Virus record (IMG/VR): IMGVR_UViG_3300037791_000006
Location: 2,530 to 66,529 of that record
Length of the DNA stretch: 64,000 nt
Origin: a virus
Direction: 5' to 3' (one strand)
In this document: one piece after another, positions 18,787 to 29,249 of the stretch
How the letters are laid out: each line of letters begins with the position of its first letter
How positions within the stretch are numbered: position 1 is the stretch's first letter
Program-made: the position numbers and the translations under genes
The notes under the pieces: model-generated
Database searches by the model: none
Seen by the model: the letters and a program-made list of their open reading frames with translations, nothing else
What the model was told of the DNA's origin: nothing

Positions 18787-19082
18787 TCCCCATGCGTCCC
18801 AGTGCGTCCCAAAGGTTTTGCCCAGAATGTGTTGCCCAAGGACAACTAAGCCATTGACTTCATTGGGGGTTGTTGTAGTTGCTAGCCCGACCAACTAACA
18901 ATCCCCTCCATCATCAAAGCCTATGAAATTGAGTTAAATCAATCTCATAGGCTTTTTTGTATCCCAGTGCGTCCCAGTGCATCCCAGCCCATGTTGCCCA
19001 GAAATGTTGCCCAAGGTATTATTTTGATGCCCGCAGCGGGCAACACCGGGCAACACCGGGACGCACTGGGACGCATAGGGAC
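18787..19082. mobile_element. attP: core TGCTAGCCCGACCA (18880-18893) with arm repeats
   Basis: core resembles a tRNA-Pro 3' end; TTGCCCA and GCGTCCCA repeats on both sides; IHF-like site; terminator hairpin 18917-18958; next to the integrase. Confidence 0.7.
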
Positions 19083-19101
19083 TCACCCGCAGGAGACGAA
19101 A

Positions 19102-20343
19102 ATGCCGCTGAACGCAATGCAGGTGAAGGCCGCCAAGGCCGACGCTAAGGACAAATTGCTGACCGATGGGGATGGCCTCTATCTGAATGTCAGGGTGAGC
19201 GGGACGAAGCAGTGGCAGTTCCGATACCGCTTGGCGGGCAAGCAGAAGAAGTCGATCCTCGGGCATTACCCGGAAGTCAGTTTGAAGGCTGCGCGGGATA
19301 TGCGGGACGCCATGCGCCGCGACCTCTCGCGAGGGGAAGACCCCGCGAGGACAGACCTCTCGGAATATAGCGCAGTGACCTTTGGCAAGATGGCGACCGA
19401 CTGGCATGAGAAGCAGTTGAACCGCTGGTCACCAGGTCATGCCCGGCGCGTCTGGTCGCGCATCGAGGGTGACCTTCTGCCGACCCTCGGTGATCGCCCT
19501 GTAGCGGCCATCACGCGAAAGGACGTGCTGACAGCACTGCGCGCCGTAGAGGCTCGTGGCGCAATCGACATGGCGAAGCGCGTCGGCCAGTATGCGACTC
19601 AGATTTTTGAATTCGCCCTCAGCGAAGAACACGTCGAGTTCAATCCCGCAGTGAACCTCTCGAAGAGTCTGTCGGCCAACCCACCGACAAAACATCACCC
19701 CCGTCTCACCGATGCCCAGCTTCCGGGCTTTTTCTCCAAACTGGAAACATACGATAGCAACCTGACCCGCACCGGCTTGAAACTCATCCTGCACACTTTC
19801 GTTCGCACCAAGGAACTTCTCGGGGTAACGGAAGCGGAGATTGATTTCGAAGAAATGTTGTGGCGCATCCCCGGCGAGCGGATGAAGCGGCGCCTTGACC
19901 ACATGGTTCCCCTGACGCCCACCAGTGCAGCGTTGTTCCGCCATCTGATTGACCTGAATCCCTCTGGCGGGCGCCTGTTGCCGATTAGTTCGAACACAAT
20001 GATCTTCGCGATGTATCGCATGGGCTACCACACTAAGGCGACAGTTCACGGCTTCCGATCCACCGCTTCCACCGTCCTCAACGAGTCCGGCTTGTGGCGG
20101 TCGGACGCAATTGAACGCCAACTAGCCCACGTGCCGGACGACCAAGTGCGAGCGGCATACAACGCCGCCCTCTACCTCGCGGAGCGCCGGGAAATGATGT
20201 CTTGGTGGTCAGACTTTCTGAACGAGAAAGAGGCTGAGGGGAGGCCAGTGACGAAAGCTGCCTCGTCGGTCGATGATTTCGAAGACCTCCTGGGCGAGGA
20301 CGACGACATCGACCTGCTCGCAGAGGTCGGCATCGAGTGCTGA
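19102..20343 (+). CDS. int: P4-like tyrosine integrase
   Basis: DGDGLYL arm-binding domain, LGHYPEVSLKAAR, R, HGFR, QLAH, AY catalytic residues. Confidence 0.95.
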   Translation: MPLNAMQVKAAKADAKDKLLTDGDGLYLNVRVSGTKQWQFRYRLAGKQKKSILGHYPEVSLKAARDMRDAMRRDLSRGEDPARTDLSEYSAVTFGKMATDWHEKQLNRWSPGHARRVWSRIEGDLLPTLGDRPVAAITRKDVLTALRAVEARGAIDMAKRVGQYATQIFEFALSEEHVEFNPAVNLSKSLSANPPTKHHPRLTDAQLPGFFSKLETYDSNLTRTGLKLILHTFVRTKELLGVTEAEIDFEEMLWRIPGERMKRRLDHMVPLTPTSAALFRHLIDLNPSGGRLLPISSNTMIFAMYRMGYHTKATVHGFRSTASTVLNESGLWRSDAIERQLAHVPDDQVRAAYNAALYLAERREMMSWWSDFLNEKEAEGRPVTKAASSVDDFEDLLGEDDDIDLLAEVGIEC

Positions 20344-20436
20344 CCACCCAATAGGAAAAATGACCTTGACCCTTACTGTAAGTTGTATATCACGTTTAAA
20401 GTGATTTTATGTCGAACAGAGGGTGCCCAGAGGCTC

Positions 20437-20637
20437 ATGCGATACTTACGTCTGTCCGAAGTGATTGCACGGACTTCCCTTTCCAGAAGCGAGATATACC
20501 GGAGGATCGCTGCGGGGAAATTCCCACGGCAAAAGCGCCTGTCACCTCGGGTCTCGGTGTGGCTTGACACAGAGATCGACGCATGGATGGGCGGCGACGG
20601 AGAATTGGATCAACTGCTAGGGGAACTGATCGGATGA
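20437..20637 (+). CDS. AlpA-family excisionase/regulator
   Basis: LRLSEVIARTSLSRSEIYRRIAAGKFP. Confidence 0.9.
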   Translation: MRYLRLSEVIARTSLSRSEIYRRIAAGKFPRQKRLSPRVSVWLDTEIDAWMGGDGELDQLLGELIG

Positions 20638-21350
20638 GTGACGAATTTGAGGACTTGTTGGGCGGCGAACCCGCCGATGAATCCGAGCCTGCCCTGCGCA
20701 CACGCTCCAACCGCGGGAAGGATAAGCGGAAACTTGATCCAAGCACATTTGAGGGTCGAACGCTTACCGATGACATGCCGATGACATCTGACCTGTTGCG
20801 TCCGGTGGGCATTTCCCTCTTGGCCGAGATAATGGGCAAGCAGCCGGTGCAAATCCGAAAGCGCCTCTCCCGGTGCCCCGTCGTCGGCACACACAAGCAC
20901 GCCGGTAGAGATCAACCGCTCTACGACTTCGTGACCGCAATGGCCTACCTGATCGAACCGAAAGGGAACATCGAGGAATGGTTCGCCAATAAGAACGCTG
21001 CCACGCTCCCACCATATGTGAACAAGATGTTCTGGGACTCGGCCCACCAGCGCAATCGCGTCATGCTGTCGTCCAACGATCTATGGCACAGCGATGACGT
21101 CTTGGCCCTTCTCGGTAGGATCGGCCTGACGATCAAAGAGGAAACGCTCCTGTGGCTCGAAAATATGCCAGGGCGAGACGAGCTTTCAGACAAACAGTTC
21201 AAGCACCTTTCTGACGAAGTGTCGAGGTTGCAGCACACGATCCGTGAGCGAATGATGGAACTGCCGACACTCAGCGAAACTACAGCGATGGCAGAGACCA
21301 TTCGTGACGAATTGAGCGAGGCCGGTGTGATGCCGGATGCAGACGTATGA
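20634..21350 (+). CDS. terminase small subunit (DUF1441-like)
   Basis: immediately upstream of TerL; LPP..KMFWDS...DLW motif. Confidence 0.75.
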   Translation: MSDEFEDLLGGEPADESEPALRTRSNRGKDKRKLDPSTFEGRTLTDDMPMTSDLLRPVGISLLAEIMGKQPVQIRKRLSRCPVVGTHKHAGRDQPLYDFVTAMAYLIEPKGNIEEWFANKNAATLPPYVNKMFWDSAHQRNRVMLSSNDLWHSDDVLALLGRIGLTIKEETLLWLENMPGRDELSDKQFKHLSDEVSRLQHTIRERMMELPTLSETTAMAETIRDELSEAGVMPDADV

Positions 21351-23533
21351 CATCCGCAAAGAAGATGCGCCCACCAACCATCGCGGAACTGGTGGGACGA
21401 GCGCAATTTCAGACGCTTGAAGAACTGGCTGCCCATGCGTTTTCCGGGATGGTGCCCACGGAAAATCTCAGTGTCACAGAGGCCGCGCAGCGATACACTC
21501 GTGTCCCCGCAGGCGGGAACCATGGTCAACCTTGGTCCCTTGATCGCACGCCCTATCTGCAAGAGCCGCAGGATGTCCTGACCTCAATGGACTATCAGGG
21601 CATGGTTTTCGTAGGCCCGGCTCGAACCGGCAAGTCCGTGATGCTCCAAAACTGGATCTCTCACACAGTGAAGCATGATCCGAGCGACATGATGTTCGTC
21701 CACAACACCATGGCGATTGCTCGACGCTGGTCGAAGGGGGCGTTGGATCGCTATCTGCGGCTCTCGAAGGAAATTCGGAAGGAACAACTCACAAGCAAGA
21801 AGGACGACAACACCTTCGACAAGACGTTCAAGAGCGGGATGATGTTGCTCTTGGCCTACCCCACAGTCGAAAACCTGTCAGACATCACGCTCAAGAATGT
21901 CGCCTTCCTCGACTACGACCGGAACGAAGATGACGTGGACGGGGAAGGTCCGCCCTATGACCTCGGGAAGAAGCGCACAACGACGTTCGGGCGCCTGGCG
22001 ATGGCCGCCGCTGAATCTTCCCCGAACCCCGACAAAGAAATCCTTGACCCAAAGTGGATCGCGGACCCACGCTTCCCACACCAAGCGCCGCCGATACGCG
22101 GTATCTTTGAGCTCTACAACCGCGGTGACCGCCGCCGATGGAATTGGACCTGCCCTTCCTGTGATGAAGGGTTCGAGCCTGATTTCTCATTGCTCCGATG
22201 GCCTGACAGCGAAGACCTCATGGAATCCGCGGAGCAAGTCGAAATGGTCTGCCCGTGCTGCGGTTTTCCGATGGCCCCGAGCATGAAGCAGGAATTGAAT
22301 AGCGCCGGCCGCTGGATCAAGGAGGGCCAGAGGATTCTTGACGGACAGATCGTTGAGCGGAACGGCGTAAAACTTGCAAGGTCGGACATCGCGTCCTTTT
22401 GGATGAAGGGACCGGCAGCCGGTTACCAGAAGTGGCAATCCCTCGTGTTGGAATACTTGCGCGCAGAGAGAACCTACGCTGAGACCGGCGACGAGGCTCC
22501 ATTGCGCAAAACGGTCACCGCCGACCAAGGCAGCTATTACATCTCCAAAGCCCGCCTATCGGAACGTGTGCCGGAAGACCTGATGAATCGCGCCGAGGAC
22601 TGGGGATCGACCGAAGAAGAACCCACCGTGCCCGAGGGCGTGCGCTTCCTCATCGCCACCGTTGACGTGCAGGCGCGCAGCTTTGTCGCGCAGGTCCATG
22701 GCTTCATGCCGAACGGTGACATGGTTGTGATCGACAGCTTCAAGTTGCGCTTGTCCAACCGTCTGAACCGGAATGGTGAACGGTTGCCCATGGAACCCCC
22801 GGCCTACCTTGAAGACTGGATGGTTCTGGTGGACGAAGTGATGCTGAAATCCTACGCCTTGGCCGACGGAAGCGGTCGCCGCATGAACATCCGCGCAACG
22901 GGCTGCGACTCCGGTGGGCGCGAGGGGACGACGGCCCAAGCCTACGACTTCTGGCGTAGGTTGAAGGAAGACCCGCGCCGACTGCACCGCCGGTTCATCT
23001 TGCTCAAAGGCGAGCCTTCAAAGACACGCCCCCGCGTAATGACAAACTGGCCGGACAGCCACAAGAAGGACAAATACGCCGTTGCCCGTGGCGATGTGCC
23101 GGTGGTGTTTCTGAACTCGAACCCGCTCAAGGATATTGTGGCAGGGATGTTGGCCCGGCGCATCGGCGAGGATCGCGACGAAAGTCTCGGGGAATCCGGC
23201 ATGGTTCGCTATGCGAATTGGATGCCCGACTGGTTCTACAAGCAGATGACCAACGAAATCAGGACCGAAAAGGGCTGGGAGAACCCGGCGTCTCGGCGGA
23301 ACGAAGTCTGGGACTTGTGCTACTACGCCCAGGGTGTCGCCCTGCGTCCGATGGAGCGCGGAACCCCTCATGTGCATTTCGGCATCGACAGAATGGATTG
23401 GGACAATCCGCCCGACTGGGCGAGCGACTGGGATGTGAACCCCTTGGTATTCGGTGGCGAGCAACCGGCGATCGAGGAAGTCGGCAGCAAGCGGAAACGG
23501 AACCTTGCTGACATCGGCAAAAACCTGTTGTAA
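21347..23533 (+). CDS. terminase large subunit, GpA family
   Basis: PYLQEP, ARTGKS, ESSP, CPSC/CPCC zinc motif, TVDVQ, DSGG, RNEVWD. Confidence 0.95.
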   Translation: MTSAKKMRPPTIAELVGRAQFQTLEELAAHAFSGMVPTENLSVTEAAQRYTRVPAGGNHGQPWSLDRTPYLQEPQDVLTSMDYQGMVFVGPARTGKSVMLQNWISHTVKHDPSDMMFVHNTMAIARRWSKGALDRYLRLSKEIRKEQLTSKKDDNTFDKTFKSGMMLLLAYPTVENLSDITLKNVAFLDYDRNEDDVDGEGPPYDLGKKRTTTFGRLAMAAAESSPNPDKEILDPKWIADPRFPHQAPPIRGIFELYNRGDRRRWNWTCPSCDEGFEPDFSLLRWPDSEDLMESAEQVEMVCPCCGFPMAPSMKQELNSAGRWIKEGQRILDGQIVERNGVKLARSDIASFWMKGPAAGYQKWQSLVLEYLRAERTYAETGDEAPLRKTVTADQGSYYISKARLSERVPEDLMNRAEDWGSTEEEPTVPEGVRFLIATVDVQARSFVAQVHGFMPNGDMVVIDSFKLRLSNRLNRNGERLPMEPPAYLEDWMVLVDEVMLKSYALADGSGRRMNIRATGCDSGGREGTTAQAYDFWRRLKEDPRRLHRRFILLKGEPSKTRPRVMTNWPDSHKKDKYAVARGDVPVVFLNSNPLKDIVAGMLARRIGEDRDESLGESGMVRYANWMPDWFYKQMTNEIRTEKGWENPASRRNEVWDLCYYAQGVALRPMERGTPHVHFGIDRMDWDNPPDWASDWDVNPLVFGGEQPAIEEVGSKRKRNLADIGKNLL

Positions 23534-23624
23534 GTTTCACAGTTTTTGTGTAATTCACTTTTAACTTGATTCTCACGTCCCGCGTCCGTTATTCCTTTGG
23601 GGAGTAACCGACACGGGGCGACTT

Positions 23625-23846
23625 ATGCCGACAACTTCCGAATTGCTGACCGAGGCCCGCAAAGCCTACCACGAGCTGATGATCGGCAATCAGGCCGTCG
23701 AAGTTCGCGACAGCAACGGCGAGTCTGTGCGCTTCACCCGCGCCAACGCAGAACGCCTGCGTGGATACATCAAAGAACTGGAAGTCCAGCTTGCCCAAGA
23801 AAACGGCACTGCCGAGCGCCGCCGCCCGATGAGGCTGCAATTCTGA
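23625..23846 (+). CDS. gpW-like head-tail joining protein
   Basis: LTEARKAYHELMIG...LRGYIKELE; between TerL and portal. Confidence 0.85.
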   Translation: MPTTSELLTEARKAYHELMIGNQAVEVRDSNGESVRFTRANAERLRGYIKELEVQLAQENGTAERRRPMRLQF

Positions 23847-25537
23847 TGGGTATGACCGGCGATCCTCTTGTTGACGAGCTGCTTGGGCACACGGGGGAAA
23901 TCCTCCCTCCCGTTGCCGATGCGGGCACCCCTTCGACTGTTGCGGCGGCAGTCGAAGGGGGAGGCGCATCTGTGGCCTATGACGCGAGCGACCGGGTGGA
24001 AAAACTGGCCGCATGGCGTCCCGCGATCCGCTCGGCGGACGGTGACATTCTTCCCGAAAAGAACATCCTCGACGCGCGGTCTCGCGACACTGGCCGGAAC
24101 GACGCCTACGTGGCCGGTGGGGCACAGCTTCACAAAGACAATATCGTCGGTTCCAACTTTCTCCTGAACGCAAAGCCAGAGACGAAAATCCTCTGGGGCA
24201 AGGACGATCCAACTTGGGAAGCCGAATTCCAGGAGGAAGTCGAAACCAAGTTCACACTCTGGGCCGAGTCCCCGCAAAACTGGCTGGACGCCCAACGAGT
24301 GAAAACCCTTACCGAGATTGTGCGCCTTGCCGTTGGCGTATGGTGCGCCGGTGGGGAAGTCCTCGGTGTGTCGGAATGGATGCGCGGGAACTTCCGCCCT
24401 TATCGCTCTGCCTTCCAGATGATCGACACGGATCGTCTTTCTACCCCGTGGGATCGACACGCGGACCCGAAAATCCGCAGCGGCGTCGAGCGCGACTATT
24501 TCGGTGCCCCGACCGCATACCACATCCGCTCGGTGCATGAGGGTGACGTGAATCTCACCGGCACCTGGGAAGACCGGATGAAATGGCGGCGCGTCCCGGC
24601 GCGCAAGCCCTGGGGTCGCCAAATGGTTCTGCACATTTACGATCAAATGCGCCCGGATCAAACTCGCGGCGTGGCTGCGATGGCGACCGCTCTCACCGAG
24701 ATGCGGATGACAAAGCGTTTCCGTCAGACGGAACTGGAACGTGCAATCATCGCCGCGAGCTATGCCGCGAGCATTGAGACCGAACTGCCGCCCGGCGAAG
24801 TCTATGCTGCGATGGGTGACTCGGCGGAGGACAACCCCTCCGTGGCATGGGCCAGTGATTTCCTCGGCGCCGTGTCCGAGTATTCCGGCGGCGCGAAGAA
24901 CCTCCATATCAACGGGTCGCGCATCCCCGTGTTCTGGCCGGGCACCAGCCTGAAAATCCAGAATCCCGGCGCAGCTTCGCCTGCGGGTGACCAGTTCGAA
25001 GCCTCACTGCTTCGCTACATCGCCGCCGCGATGGGCGTCAGCTACGAGCAGCTTTCGCGCGATTACACCCAGACCAACTATTCCAGTGCCCGCGCCTCGA
25101 TGGCTGAGACCTGGAAGGCAATGCAGGTGAAGAAGAAGAAGATCGCGGATCGCACGGCGACCTTCATCTACCGCCTGTGGCTGGAAGAAGCGATCAACTA
25201 CAACCACCTGGAATGCCTCAAACGCCAGAACGTGCCCGCCTTCTACGAGGGCCTGAACGCTGAGGCGTATTCCGGTGCCGAGTGGCTGGGCGCAGGTCAG
25301 GGCATGATCGACCCGCTCAAAGAAACTCAGGCTGACGTTCTCGCGATCAAGAACGGCCTCATGACGAAAGAAGCCGCTATCGCCCGGCGCAGCGGCACCG
25401 ATTACCGGAAGGTTGCGAAGCAACGTGGCCGCGAGCGCGACTTGGACCACGAACTTGATCTGCCGTCTGTGCATGACGGGGAATCGAGCGACATGGAGAA
25501 CGCCCTTTCCGGCACACCACAGGAGCGTGAATCGTGA
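23846..25537 (+). CDS. portal protein, lambda family
   Basis: RPDQTRG, VSYEQLSRDYTQTNYSSARAS, IDPLKE. Confidence 0.95.
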   Translation: MGMTGDPLVDELLGHTGEILPPVADAGTPSTVAAAVEGGGASVAYDASDRVEKLAAWRPAIRSADGDILPEKNILDARSRDTGRNDAYVAGGAQLHKDNIVGSNFLLNAKPETKILWGKDDPTWEAEFQEEVETKFTLWAESPQNWLDAQRVKTLTEIVRLAVGVWCAGGEVLGVSEWMRGNFRPYRSAFQMIDTDRLSTPWDRHADPKIRSGVERDYFGAPTAYHIRSVHEGDVNLTGTWEDRMKWRRVPARKPWGRQMVLHIYDQMRPDQTRGVAAMATALTEMRMTKRFRQTELERAIIAASYAASIETELPPGEVYAAMGDSAEDNPSVAWASDFLGAVSEYSGGAKNLHINGSRIPVFWPGTSLKIQNPGAASPAGDQFEASLLRYIAAAMGVSYEQLSRDYTQTNYSSARASMAETWKAMQVKKKKIADRTATFIYRLWLEEAINYNHLECLKRQNVPAFYEGLNAEAYSGAEWLGAGQGMIDPLKETQADVLAIKNGLMTKEAAIARRSGTDYRKVAKQRGRERDLDHELDLPSVHDGESSDMENALSGTPQERES

Positions 25538-26868
25538 GCGACCTCAACCCAATCATCGGCCAGTTCAACCACACCGCCGTGATGATCTGCGAGACCCAGA
25601 TCTCCTGGATGCAGGTGTGTGCGGACCAGCTTTCCGATGCCATGCCGAAGATCGAAGAAGCGGCAGCAAGCGCCTCCGAAGACTTCTGGTCGTTCTCGCC
25701 GGACAGCTTCTTGGCCCGCATTCGCCCTTACGAAGTCAAGAACGGCGTTCTGCGCATCCCGGTCAAAGGTTTGCTGATGAGCAAGTTCCCCTACACGCTC
25801 GGGAACTGGGCGACCGGATACGAGTATATCTGGGAGGCCGTAAAGCGCGGCATGGACGACAGCGAAGTCAAGGGCATCGCGCTTCTCATCGACAGCCCCG
25901 GCGGGGCTGTGGCCGGGCTTCTCGAATTCGTTGACAAGGTGTTCGAACTTCGCGGCCAAAAGCCGATCCAGGCGTTCGCAGATACCAAGGCATTCAGCGC
26001 AGCCTACGCAATCGCGTCCGTGGCGGATCGGATCACCGTTGCGCGCTCGGGCGGCGTGGGTTCCATCGGCGTCATCATCACCCACGCGGAGATGTCGAAG
26101 CAACTGGAAATGCGCGGCATCACTGTGACGAACATTCGCTCCAAGCCGCGCAAAGGCGAAGGCGGGCCTTTCGAACCGCTCTCGAAGGCAGCACAGGCTC
26201 GCCTTCAAGCCAGCGTGGATCATTCGCACAAGGAATTCGTGGCCCTCGTGGCCCGAAATCGCGGGATGGGGGAAGCGGCGGTCGAAGCGACCGAAGCCTT
26301 GCCTTACCTCGCTCATGAAGCCGTCGAAAATGGACTCGCCGACGAAATCGGCGCGCTTGACGACGCAATCACGGCCTTTGTGGCCTCACTGGACCCTCAA
26401 GAAGTAGGAGACAACGACATGGCCGAAAACAATCAGGCCGATTCCGTCGCACAGGCGGATCATGACGCAGCCGTGGCGGCGGCAACGGAAGCAGGTCGCA
26501 CCGCAGGTGTGAACGAAGAACGCGCTCGCATGACCGCGATCCTCGGTTCCGATGCTGCGGAGAACCGCCCAGCCGCCGCGATGATGATGGTCGAACTCGG
26601 CACCGACGCCGAGACCGCCATCGAGAAACTGGCGAAGCTGCCCGAAGAAACCAAGGCCGAGAGTTCGGAACCGGGTGCGCAGGAACCCGAGAAGCCCACC
26701 GGCGCGGGTGCCCCGGCAGGTATGCTGGAATCCGCGATGCAGGGTAGCCAGAACCCCGACCTCGGCGCTGGCGACGGTGGCGAACTCAACGATGAGCAGA
26801 AGGCGATGGCCCAGCTTTCTTCCGACATCAAATCCATGGGTCTGCCCGGCTTCAAAGCCGACAAGTAA
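25534..26868 (+). CDS. S49 head maturation protease with C-terminal scaffold
   Basis: IDSPGG, SAAYAIAS, VGSIGV. Confidence 0.9.
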   Translation: MSDLNPIIGQFNHTAVMICETQISWMQVCADQLSDAMPKIEEAAASASEDFWSFSPDSFLARIRPYEVKNGVLRIPVKGLLMSKFPYTLGNWATGYEYIWEAVKRGMDDSEVKGIALLIDSPGGAVAGLLEFVDKVFELRGQKPIQAFADTKAFSAAYAIASVADRITVARSGGVGSIGVIITHAEMSKQLEMRGITVTNIRSKPRKGEGGPFEPLSKAAQARLQASVDHSHKEFVALVARNRGMGEAAVEATEALPYLAHEAVENGLADEIGALDDAITAFVASLDPQEVGDNDMAENNQADSVAQADHDAAVAAATEAGRTAGVNEERARMTAILGSDAAENRPAAAMMMVELGTDAETAIEKLAKLPEETKAESSEPGAQEPEKPTGAGAPAGMLESAMQGSQNPDLGAGDGGELNDEQKAMAQLSSDIKSMGLPGFKADK

Positions 26869-26883
26869 CAGGAGACTACGACT

Positions 26884-27663
26884 ATGGGTATCATGAAACC
26901 GCCCTATGCCGATCCGGGTCGCGCAGCTTTCGAGGAACTGGACACCTACGTCCAGAACAACCTCCTGTCCGGCAACGACCCCGAGTTGAAACCGGCCTAC
27001 AGCTACCCGATGGCCAACAACACCGCGTTCAAGCAGTTCAGCGTCGTCGGCCTGGACAGCAACCGCAAGATCGCGCTCGCGACGAACGGTGTTGCCGCAT
27101 CGGCGGCGACCGGTGTTCTGACCTTCACCGGCTCCGGTTCCGCCGACGAGACTGTCACCATCGGCAGTGTGACCTACACGCTCAAGGCAGCACCGAGCGC
27201 GGCCAACGAAGTGCTTGTCGGCGCGGATGAGACCGAAACCGCCGCCAACATTGCGGCTGCGATCAACGCTTCCGGCACCGAAGATGTCGAATACGGCAGC
27301 GGCACCGTCGCACACCCGTCGGTCACCGCATCCGCAGCGGCCGGCGTTGTCACCGTCACCGCGAAGGAAGAAGGCTCCGACGCGAATGCAATCGGCACCA
27401 CCGAGACCGTTTCGACGGACGCCTCCTGGGGCGACACGACCCTCACCGGCGGCGTCGACTCGCAGGGCGTCAAGCCCATCGGTGTCATGGCACATGCCGC
27501 ATCTCTCGGGGCATCCGGCGATGCGAACGGTCAGGTGTGGTATTCGGGCTGCTTCGATCCCGACGCCCTGACCTGGCACGATTCCTTCGACACTGACGCG
27601 AAGAAGGAAGCTGCGTTCCACGGCGCCCCGACCCCGACCACCATCCTCATCAAGAAACGCTAA
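26884..27663 (+). CDS. head decoration protein with inserted beta-rich domain
   Basis: gpD position; YSGCFDPDALTW C-terminus. Confidence 0.75.
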   Translation: MGIMKPPYADPGRAAFEELDTYVQNNLLSGNDPELKPAYSYPMANNTAFKQFSVVGLDSNRKIALATNGVAASAATGVLTFTGSGSADETVTIGSVTYTLKAAPSAANEVLVGADETETAANIAAAINASGTEDVEYGSGTVAHPSVTASAAAGVVTVTAKEEGSDANAIGTTETVSTDASWGDTTLTGGVDSQGVKPIGVMAHAASLGASGDANGQVWYSGCFDPDALTWHDSFDTDAKKEAAFHGAPTPTTILIKKR

Positions 27664-27677
27664 GGGAGTCCCTGAAA

Positions 27678-28787
27678 ATGGCATCTGAAAGCCAAAACTA
27701 CGAGCTGTGGGAGACCAACACCTTCCTCGGCGTCATGCGCGACATGGAAGCGGACCCGCTCTACTGGCTCAACTGGTTCCAGAATGAAGCGGAAACCGAC
27801 GCGACCGGCTACATCGACTTCGAGAAGATGCCGATCCGCTCGCGCAAACTGGCCCCGTTCGTCATGCCGCTCGCACGCGGCAAGTCGATCTACGAGGACA
27901 GCGGCACCGCGTTCCGGTTCAAACCGGCCTACGTCAAACTGGAAGACCGGATCGACCCGCTCATGCCCCTCACCCGGCGTGTCGGCATCGACAGCAATAT
28001 GTCGCAGATGCCGGTCCAGCTTGATCCGGTGCGCCGTCTGAACCTGATCCGGGCCGCGATCACTCAGCAGCATGTTGACGCGATCCAGCGCACCTGGAAC
28101 TACATGGCCTGTGTCGCCCTTCGCGATGGTAAGATCACTCTCTCGGGCGAAGACTACCCGACGACTCTGATCGACTTCCAGCGCGATGCGGACCACACCG
28201 ACACCCTTGGCGCGGGCAGCCGCTTCGGCGACTCCGGCGTTTCCATCGTGGACTACTTCCAGAAGGTTCTGGACAAGATGACCTCGGCGACGTTCGGCGC
28301 GGTCCCGGCGCGGGCGACGATGGGCGGCGGTGTCTGGGCCGTTGTGCGCAAGGACGAGGAATTCCTCAAGCACATGGACACGAACCTGAGCGGCGGGAAT
28401 ATCACCATCGAGCGCGGTCTTGTGCCGGGTGCCGGTGAGAAGACCTTCAAGGTGGGGACCATGACCATCGGCGGTCAGTCCGGCCAGACCATCGAACTCT
28501 GGGTGGACAACTCCGAGTTCCTGCACCCGGAAACCGGTGTCAGCACCCGCTACATCGGCGCGCACCAGATTCTGTTCACCGGCTCGGCGAACGCAGTCAA
28601 CGGTTACCGCGCGTTCGGGGCGATCATCGACCGCTCCGCGGACTGGAAGCCGCTGCCGATCTTCCCGAAGAACTGGGTCACCCAGGGCGACGTGGAAGTG
28701 GAATACATCACCCACAAGTCGGCACCGCTCATGGTTCCGATCAACCCGAACGCCACCTTCCTCGGCAACGTGGTGGCCCCGGCGTAA
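27678..28787 (+). CDS. major capsid protein (lambda E family)
   Basis: LAPFVMP, FKPAYVK, SAPLMVP. Confidence 0.9.
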   Translation: MASESQNYELWETNTFLGVMRDMEADPLYWLNWFQNEAETDATGYIDFEKMPIRSRKLAPFVMPLARGKSIYEDSGTAFRFKPAYVKLEDRIDPLMPLTRRVGIDSNMSQMPVQLDPVRRLNLIRAAITQQHVDAIQRTWNYMACVALRDGKITLSGEDYPTTLIDFQRDADHTDTLGAGSRFGDSGVSIVDYFQKVLDKMTSATFGAVPARATMGGGVWAVVRKDEEFLKHMDTNLSGGNITIERGLVPGAGEKTFKVGTMTIGGQSGQTIELWVDNSEFLHPETGVSTRYIGAHQILFTGSANAVNGYRAFGAIIDRSADWKPLPIFPKNWVTQGDVEVEYITHKSAPLMVPINPNATFLGNVVAPA

Positions 28788-28798
28788 GGGCAGACAAA

Positions 28799-28824
28799 GA
28801 GGGATGGCTTTGCGGCCATCCCTT
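28799..28824 (+). terminator. hairpin after the capsid gene
   Basis: AGGGATGGC-tttgcg-GCCATCCCT. Confidence 0.55.
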
Positions 28825-28859
28825 CACCTTTAAATTGACTCTCACAGGAGGATTGAACC

Positions 28860-29249
28860 ATGGGTAAGAAACTCGCCTTCACGCTGCACGCGATCACGTC
28901 CGGCAAAACCTCTCACCGCCCTGGTCACGTTGTTGAAATCGACAGCGGCGACTTCGAGGACTTCATCGAACTCGGTGCGGTGCGCGAGCCGACCGACGAC
29001 GAACTGGCCCTCTACGAACAGGGCAAACCGAAGCAGGCAGCGAAGGTTGCCGTCGAACCCGCAGGCGAACCCGAAGCCGCAGGCGAACTTGACCCCGCCC
29101 CGCTGCGCCGCGAAACCTTGGAAGCGGAAGCGAAAGAACTCGGCGTCAAGTTCCAGAAGAACACTTCCGACGACAAGCTCGCAGAGCGTATCGCGGAAGC
29201 GAAGGCCGAGACCGCCGAGTCCGGCGAAGATGACGACCTGGTAGGCTAA
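28860..29249 (+). CDS. hypothetical protein (FI-position) with acidic DDDLVG tail
   Basis: AGGAGG RBS; LEAEAKELGV HeH-like motif. Confidence 0.75.
   Translation: MGKKLAFTLHAITSGKTSHRPGHVVEIDSGDFEDFIELGAVREPTDDELALYEQGKPKQAAKVAVEPAGEPEAAGELDPAPLRRETLEAEAKELGVKFQKNTSDDKLAERIAEAKAETAESGEDDDLVG

Noticed and set aside
18880-18893. tRNA gene
   Set aside because: Only a 14-nt 3'-end fragment with no cloverleaf; treated as the att core.
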